This document shows, one piece after another, positions 43,497-48,043 of a stretch of 48,043 bases of DNA. Below the pieces are notes generated by a model, which saw only the letters and a program-made list of their open reading frames with translations, searched no databases and was not told the origin of the DNA. The translations under genes and the position numbers were made by a program. The stretch comes from an uncultured Candidatus Saccharibacteria bacterium (lineage in GTDB: Bacteria; Patescibacteriota; Minisyncoccia; Phycocordibacterales; VMEP01): positions 1 through 48,043 of the forward strand of contig CAYHZS010000001.1 of assembly GCA_964361185.1 (NCBI GenBank). The letters run 5' to 3'. Each line of letters starts with the position of its first letter. Within the stretch, counting starts at the first letter, position 1.

Positions 43497-45290
43497 TTAT
43501 TTTCCTAAAATTTTATTCAGAACATCTTCCGGTATTTCTTTGGGGGCGACAGGAACTTCGTCCTTTTTCTTCATCTCTTCCCATTTTTTAGTTTCCTCTT
43601 TAAGACCGTCCGCCAACGTCTCTTTTTTGCTTTCCGTTATGGAATTACCTTTCTCTTTGAGCGCGGCCGCAAGCGCGTTCCTAAGAGCGAAAGAGTTTTT
43701 CGACGGGTTTTGCTCTTGTTTTGTCTTCAGCTGAGAAAGAGAGACTGGAGGAATTGGCTGGGACGTAAAGGTCGGAGCACTTTTGCGATGATTCTCTTCA
43801 TTTTGTTTTATATTTTGTATTCTCTCTCCTCTCCCTTTTGGCGGCTCGCTGAAACGTGTTTCTACTAAGGTTTTTTCGGGCTGTGAAGATCTTATTTCTG
43901 GGCGCGATTCAATTATTTTTGGCGACCGTGGCGTTCCCCCCTCCCCAGCCACTGAATTACCAAATTCTTTTTTCCTCTCCCTTGGGGGCTTCGGGGGAGC
44001 AACTGACTCATACCATTTATTGACAGCAGCTTCTACTTCCGCGCGCGGAGTCGCGTAAATCCTCCTGGTTTCTTCCACAATGCGGTCTTTGTGGGATTCG
44101 CCCTCAAGCGCGATTGGTGGCAAGGTCGTGGCCGAAAAAGGCTTAGAGCCGATGCCATCTATCATGAGCCGGAGGTATATTTGGGAAAAGCCGAGGTTAA
44201 CCAAGTCCTCGGCCGTAAATTCCGGAATAAATTCTTTTTCAAACATTTCAGCGTCTTCTGGACCGATACGGAAAGTCACCATTGAACCGACGTTGCCGAA
44301 CACGGCGTCGCGCACTTCCTCCGGCATCTGGTTTATATACTGGTGCGCAATAGTAAGCGATAATTTATATTTGCGGGCCTCAGACAAAATGTCTGCGAAG
44401 GACTCGTTGGCAAAGGACTGAAACTCATCGACATAAAAGTAAAAATTAGGGAGCTTTTGGAGTTCAGCCGCGCTCGCGTCCGCGCGCGACATGGCTCCCA
44501 GATAAATTTTGGTCACCAGCATGTTGCCTAAAAGCGTTGAATTTTCTATTCCCATCCTTCCTTTGGACAAGTTCATTATGAGAATTTTCCTGTCATCCAT
44601 CACCTTGCGTACGTCAAAAGAAGATTTCGGCTGGCCGATGATATTTCTTATAATCGGATTAGAAATGAACTGGCCTATTTTATTTTGAATGGCTGCTCCA
44701 GCTTCCTGCATGTATTTGTCTCCGTATTTGGCAAATTCATCAACCCAAAAAGCTTTGACTGAAGAATCTGTTACGTTCTCCACCACTAGATTGCGGTAGT
44801 CTTTGTCGGCCAGCATCCTGTTTACTCCTAAAATAGTGGCGTTGGGATATTCAAGAAGAGCCAGAAGAACATTGTTCAGTATGTATTCCATGCGGGCGCT
44901 CCAGGCATCCACCCATATTTTTTTGAAAGCGTTCATGAGGCCGTTTGCCACCAAATGCCTCTTGTCGACCCCTACGTCTTCCATTACATTGAAAGAAACT
45001 GGGTATTCGGCGTCAAACGGCGCGAAATAAATCACGTCCTTGATTCTTTCTTTGGGTATGTAATCAAGCAATTTTTCCGCCGTGCCTCCGTGCGGGTCAA
45101 TGAAAGCCATGCCTTCTCCGTTTTTTATGTCCTGCACGGCCATGTTCTCAAGCATGGTGGATTTTCCCATGCCGGTTTTCCCGATTATATAGAGGTGCCG
45201 AGTACGATCTTTGGCTTTAATACCAAATTTTATTTTCTTGTTGCGAAAATCAGTTTCCGCGAAATATGTTATTTTGTCTTGGTCGCTCAT
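43497..45290 (-). CDS. VirD4/TraD-like (type IV coupling protein-like) P-loop ATPase, soluble, with long disordered K/E/P-rich C-terminal tail
   Basis: Walker A IIGKTGMGKST and Walker B-like FYFYVDEFQSF. SLTIAHQY and VGSMVTFRIG blocks are typical of the TraD/VirD4/AAA_10 group. No N-terminal transmembrane helices. The last ~170 aa are low-complexity. Confidence 0.65.
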   Translation of the reverse strand: MSDQDKITYFAETDFRNKKIKFGIKAKDRTRHLYIIGKTGMGKSTMLENMAVQDIKNGEGMAFIDPHGGTAEKLLDYIPKERIKDVIYFAPFDAEYPVSFNVMEDVGVDKRHLVANGLMNAFKKIWVDAWSARMEYILNNVLLALLEYPNATILGVNRMLADKDYRNLVVENVTDSSVKAFWVDEFAKYGDKYMQEAGAAIQNKIGQFISNPIIRNIIGQPKSSFDVRKVMDDRKILIMNLSKGRMGIENSTLLGNMLVTKIYLGAMSRADASAAELQKLPNFYFYVDEFQSFANESFADILSEARKYKLSLTIAHQYINQMPEEVRDAVFGNVGSMVTFRIGPEDAEMFEKEFIPEFTAEDLVNLGFSQIYLRLMIDGIGSKPFSATTLPPIALEGESHKDRIVEETRRIYATPRAEVEAAVNKWYESVAPPKPPRERKKEFGNSVAGEGGTPRSPKIIESRPEIRSSQPEKTLVETRFSEPPKGRGERIQNIKQNEENHRKSAPTFTSQPIPPVSLSQLKTKQEQNPSKNSFALRNALAAALKEKGNSITESKKETLADGLKEETKKWEEMKKKDEVPVAPKEIPEDVLNKILGK

Positions 45291-45446
45291 TTGGGATTTG
45301 GAAGTTTATAAATTCAAAGCTGGGTTTCCCAACGCCTAATTTCCAATATCTAATATCTATTCTCAAAGTATAGTATGGAAACGCGGAACAAAAAAGTCTA
45401 TCTCATTGTCGCGAAAAATTACCCAAATAAATGATACTATGTGATT

Positions 45447-45644
45447 ATGAAAGAATTTTTTATGAGAACGTGGCTCGCGAGCCCCAAAATACGTAAAATC
45501 TCCGGTGTTTTTTTGGTAATTATTGGATTTGTAGGCCTCGTAACGCCGTTTACTCCGTGGGGTGTCCTATTTTTCGTGGGACTTGAAATACTTGGGTTGC
45601 GCTTACTATTGTTAGACAAAATAAAAAATTTATTTAAGAAGTAA
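45447..45644 (+). CDS. Small membrane protein (PGPGW-like two-helix protein)
   Basis: ISGVFLVIIGFVGLVTPFTPWGVLFFVGLEILGL gives two hydrophobic helices around a TPxxPWG turn. ATG 45447 is preferred over GTG 45441. Confidence 0.45.
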   Translation: MKEFFMRTWLASPKIRKISGVFLVIIGFVGLVTPFTPWGVLFFVGLEILGLRLLLLDKIKNLFKK

Positions 45645-45699
45645 ATATTGATTTTTTAGGTTCTAAAACGTTCGACCCCAGTTTACTTTTCCTGCCAAT

Positions 45700-46980
45700 T
45701 TATTCCGCCTTGTAGACACCCGCAGTATATTTATTTCCCGGATCCCACATTAGCCACGAATCAAGTCCCGCGTCGTAAGTCGCCTGTATCTGGGCTTTGA
45801 CCATCGCCTCGGTGTAGGTAACAGGATAATCAAAATCCTGAAGCCACGGCCTGATTTTGTCCGGAGAAAATGCGGGTTTTGAGTAGAGTGTCGGCTTTGT
45901 TCCCGTGGCCATTGAAACGATTTCGCTTCCGTAAAGTTTGATTGTGGTCGTCGTTGCTTTGGTGCGGACGACGGCGCGGTCAAGCGAGAATTTGACGATA
46001 TCGTAAGGGTGCGCGTTAACGTCTTTCCATCCATTGAAGCCGGTCGGGTAATGCGACGGATAGACCATCGGATAAATATAATCGAAATAAGGCAGAGTAT
46101 TTTCCAGAACTTGCCCGATGTTCAAATCATCGGTATTGGTCGTGGTCATGCCGAACAAATCAGCCGACATTACTACTCCCGTGGATTTTAGCGCGAAATT
46201 CAGGTATTCGAAAAATTCCCTCAAAGCCTCCGGTTTGGTTTTGCCACGCGAATGGGTAAAATCTATATCTTTCATATCGCCGTCGGAAGGAAATCTTATG
46301 TAATCAAAATTCAGTTCATCAAACCCGAGAGTGTAGGATTCTTTTGACAACTCAATTATATAATCCCAAAAAGGCCTTGCTCCGACATCAATGAATGCTA
46401 ACCCCTTTCTGTCATGCCAAACTCCGCCGTCCGATTTTCTTTTGACCGCAAGTTCCGGATGGGCTTTGGTGTAATACGGATCCTGGAAAACCGTGATGCG
46501 CCCGATGACATAGATATTTTTCTCATGCAAACTCGAAACAAATTCGCGCATATCCGATGCTCGACATCCTTTCCCGTCATTTTCTTTAAGCGCCGGATTT
46601 TCTGAACGGAAAGCAATTGTTCCGCTGTAATCTTTTATGTCCACGACCATAGAATTGAGTTCGGTTTCGTCCACCATTTTTGCCATCCTATCTCTCCACG
46701 AAGGCGTGCCCGCCACGCATTGCGTCATGTAAATCGCCCTCATTGGCTTTGGTGTTTGCAAATGAATCGCTTTTTGCGGGGCTTCGGTATTTTTTTCACC
46801 CATATTATTTTGAGCTATACCCGTTCCGCCAAGAAGAACTTTTTCCGCAGTCGCCGACTGATTCGAATCCGCGCTATAAGTTTCACTCGGCAAGAATGAA
46901 AGGCCCAGATACCCTCCCACAATAAAAACACCGAAGACAGCTCCTAGGAGAACCTGCCTTTTCTGAGAAAGTTTTTTCAT
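45700..46980 (-). CDS. Putative glycoside hydrolase, DUF4015/GHL-type TIM barrel, N-terminally anchored
   Basis: N-terminal helix, then AIYMT...LNSMVVDIKDYSGTIAF...NIYVIGRITVFQD...GFDELNFDYIRFP, matching the DUF4015 block pattern. Confidence 0.65.
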   Translation of the reverse strand: MKKLSQKRQVLLGAVFGVFIVGGYLGLSFLPSETYSADSNQSATAEKVLLGGTGIAQNNMGEKNTEAPQKAIHLQTPKPMRAIYMTQCVAGTPSWRDRMAKMVDETELNSMVVDIKDYSGTIAFRSENPALKENDGKGCRASDMREFVSSLHEKNIYVIGRITVFQDPYYTKAHPELAVKRKSDGGVWHDRKGLAFIDVGARPFWDYIIELSKESYTLGFDELNFDYIRFPSDGDMKDIDFTHSRGKTKPEALREFFEYLNFALKSTGVVMSADLFGMTTTNTDDLNIGQVLENTLPYFDYIYPMVYPSHYPTGFNGWKDVNAHPYDIVKFSLDRAVVRTKATTTTIKLYGSEIVSMATGTKPTLYSKPAFSPDKIRPWLQDFDYPVTYTEAMVKAQIQATYDAGLDSWLMWDPGNKYTAGVYKAE

Positions 46981-47228
46981 TACCTGTCTGTAGGTTTAGC
47001 GTCTGTATTTTGGGACGGACTTTTGAAATGAGAACCATTCTGTGAAAAAGTGTCATTCTTTGTTTCCGCAACTTCGCTTACTAGCTTGCGCTTCAAAAGA
47101 AAAGCAAGTGTAGCTATGACAAGACCTGCCAATACAATAAGAGTTTCCCTAAACTCTCTGGGTAAGCCCAAAAACGGCACCAACGCCACAAAGAGTCCCA
47201 GAATGATGATTGTTCTTTTCTTTGACAT
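46980..47228 (-). CDS. Small membrane protein, unknown function
   Basis: Two hydrophobic helices (IIILGLFVALVPFLGL, LIVLAGLVIATLAFLL). Its TAA overlaps the downstream ATG by 1 nt (TAATG). Confidence 0.5.
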   Translation of the reverse strand: MSKKRTIIILGLFVALVPFLGLPREFRETLIVLAGLVIATLAFLLKRKLVSEVAETKNDTFSQNGSHFKSPSQNTDAKPTDR

Positions 47229-47263
47229 AGGAGGATTATACCAGAAAATAATATCTCTAAAAG

Positions 47264-47560
47264 CTATTTAATTTTCTCTCTTATAATGGTTGCTGTCGTA
47301 ACGGCAAAATATGGCGCAATGAGAAAAAATAGATATTCCTCCATCGGTAATTTACCTATAAATACGCCAACTAGACCAGGTCCGGGAAAAATCCAGTGCT
47401 GTTGGGAAACAGCATAAGTATCCCAAATGATACCGATTATAAAAATGATAGCAGACGCAAGCAGACGCTCTTTAATAGAATCAAAGAGGTGCGGCTTAAA
47501 ATAAATCTCCAGAAATAAACTACTTATTAGAAAAAGGGAAAGGATGGCTATATAGCTCAT
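47264..47560 (-). CDS. Lycopene cyclase domain-containing small membrane protein
   Basis: 98 aa with three hydrophobic helices. IWDTYAVSQQHWIF and GKLPMEEYLFFLIAPY resemble the CrtYc/d-type lycopene cyclase domain (P-x-EE-x-x-FF). Confidence 0.55.
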   Translation of the reverse strand: MSYIAILSLFLISSLFLEIYFKPHLFDSIKERLLASAIIFIIGIIWDTYAVSQQHWIFPGPGLVGVFIGKLPMEEYLFFLIAPYFAVTTATIIREKIK

Positions 47561-47571
47561 AATTTTGTATT

Positions 47572-48043
47572 TTACCTCACAGATACTATCACCACAAACT
47601 CCCCGCGGATTTTTTCCTTGTTTTTGGTGAAATATTCCAAAAGTACGGCGGATGTGCCTTCAGGGAATTCCTCGTGTACTTTGGTGAGTTCCCTTCCAAC
47701 TATAACCTTTCTTTCGGGGATATATTTATTAAGCGACTCAAGCGTCTTCATTATGCGGTGCGGGGATTCATAGAAAGCGACTAGCCGTTTTGTTTCGGCA
47801 ATTTCCTTAAACAAAGTTTCTCTGCCCTTCTTGTGCGGTAAAAATCCGAGAAAAAGAAATTCATCGCTTGGCACGCCGGAAGCGGAAAGCGCCGTCACAA
47901 CTGCAGAAGGACCAGGAATTGCGACAACAGGAAAACCTGCTTCGCGCGCGGCGCGGGCCTCGATCAATTCCTTGTCGGCGGCGTGCATGTCCTTCGCTTG
48001 GTCGATCAGGTCAAGAACGTCACAATTACTGGCGCGCGCCGCA
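47572..48043 (-). CDS. rsmI: 16S rRNA (cytidine1402-2'-O)-methyltransferase RsmI-like (tetrapyrrole methylase fold); N-terminus lies outside the window
   Basis: IPGPSAVVTALSASGVPSDEFLFLGFLPHKKGRETL and GRELTKVHEEF are characteristic RsmI blocks. The frame stays open upstream of the track's ATG 47988 to the window edge. Confidence 0.7.
   Translation of the reverse strand, partial: AARASNCDVLDLIDQAKDMHAADKELIEARAAREAGFPVVAIPGPSAVVTALSASGVPSDEFLFLGFLPHKKGRETLFKEIAETKRLVAFYESPHRIMKTLESLNKYIPERKVIVGRELTKVHEEFPEGTSAVLLEYFTKNKEKIRGEFVVIVSVR

Noticed and set aside
1-48043. Mobile genetic element, prophage or integrative island, which could explain the mosaic structure.
   Set aside because: I recognised no integrase, transposase, recombinase, phage structural gene, tRNA attachment site or terminal inverted/direct repeat pair. 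The mosaicism is reported as recombination between cassettes instead.
47989-48043. The G+C-rich last 55 nt might be non-native sequence or a different gene, because the translated segment (AARASNCDVLDLIDQAKD) lacks the usual RsmI DAGTP.ISDPG block.
   Set aside because: The frame is continuous with the RsmI-like ORF, and the downstream blocks are clearly RsmI. The window ends here, so this cannot be resolved. I kept it as part of the partial CDS at reduced confidence.

Overview
This 48-kb window looks bacterial: the genes are compact and operonic, many junctions are ATGA start/stop overlaps, and TGA acts as a stop codon. I found no rRNA, tRNA, CRISPR array, transposase or integrase.

Bases 1-41956 form one very large glycan biosynthesis and modification locus. 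It contains:
- about 8 GT4-like GT-B glycosyltransferases, 5 GT2 enzymes (3 of them DPM1/GtrB-like polyprenyl-phosphate sugar synthases) and 1 GT11-like fucosyltransferase
- 3-4 large GT-C-like membrane proteins and a GtrA-like protein
- 7 SAM methyltransferases (3 clear FkbM-type plus 1 FkbM-related)
- a WbpB/WbpE/WbpD-like 3-acetamido-sugar trio
- a split transketolase + SDR + cobalamin radical SAM cassette
- an RmlD-like reductase fused to a methyltransferase
- a GT2 / membrane-tailed SDR / GMC flavoprotein / GT-C operon
- an AsnB-like amidotransferase and a cupin

I recognised no initiating phosphoglycosyltransferase, Wzx/Wzy or ABC exporter.

The locus looks mosaic. Four short gene remnants sit at cassette junctions (FkbM methyltransferase, SDR epimerase N-terminus, carbamoyltransferase N-terminus, membrane-anchor tail of a surface protein). 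Strand orientation switches repeatedly. Hand-counted G+C ranges from about 37% to about 58% between segments.

The right-hand 6 kb encodes a secreted lamin-tail/PKD surface protein next to a soluble VirD4/TraD-like ATPase, a DUF4015-type putative glycoside hydrolase, small membrane proteins, a lone lycopene-cyclase-domain protein and a partial RsmI. That gene content resembles uncultivated small-genome (CPR/Patescibacteria-like) bacteria, but I cannot verify this here.

The candidates I rate most novel are:
- the GT2-SDR-GMC-GT-C operon, possibly a lipid-linked sugar oxidation/reduction route analogous to DprE1/DprE2
- the transketolase-SDR-B12 radical SAM cassette
- a three-component extracytoplasmic glycosylation set coupled to a diacetamido-sugar pathway

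All functional calls rest on motifs I recognised by eye. No database search was run.
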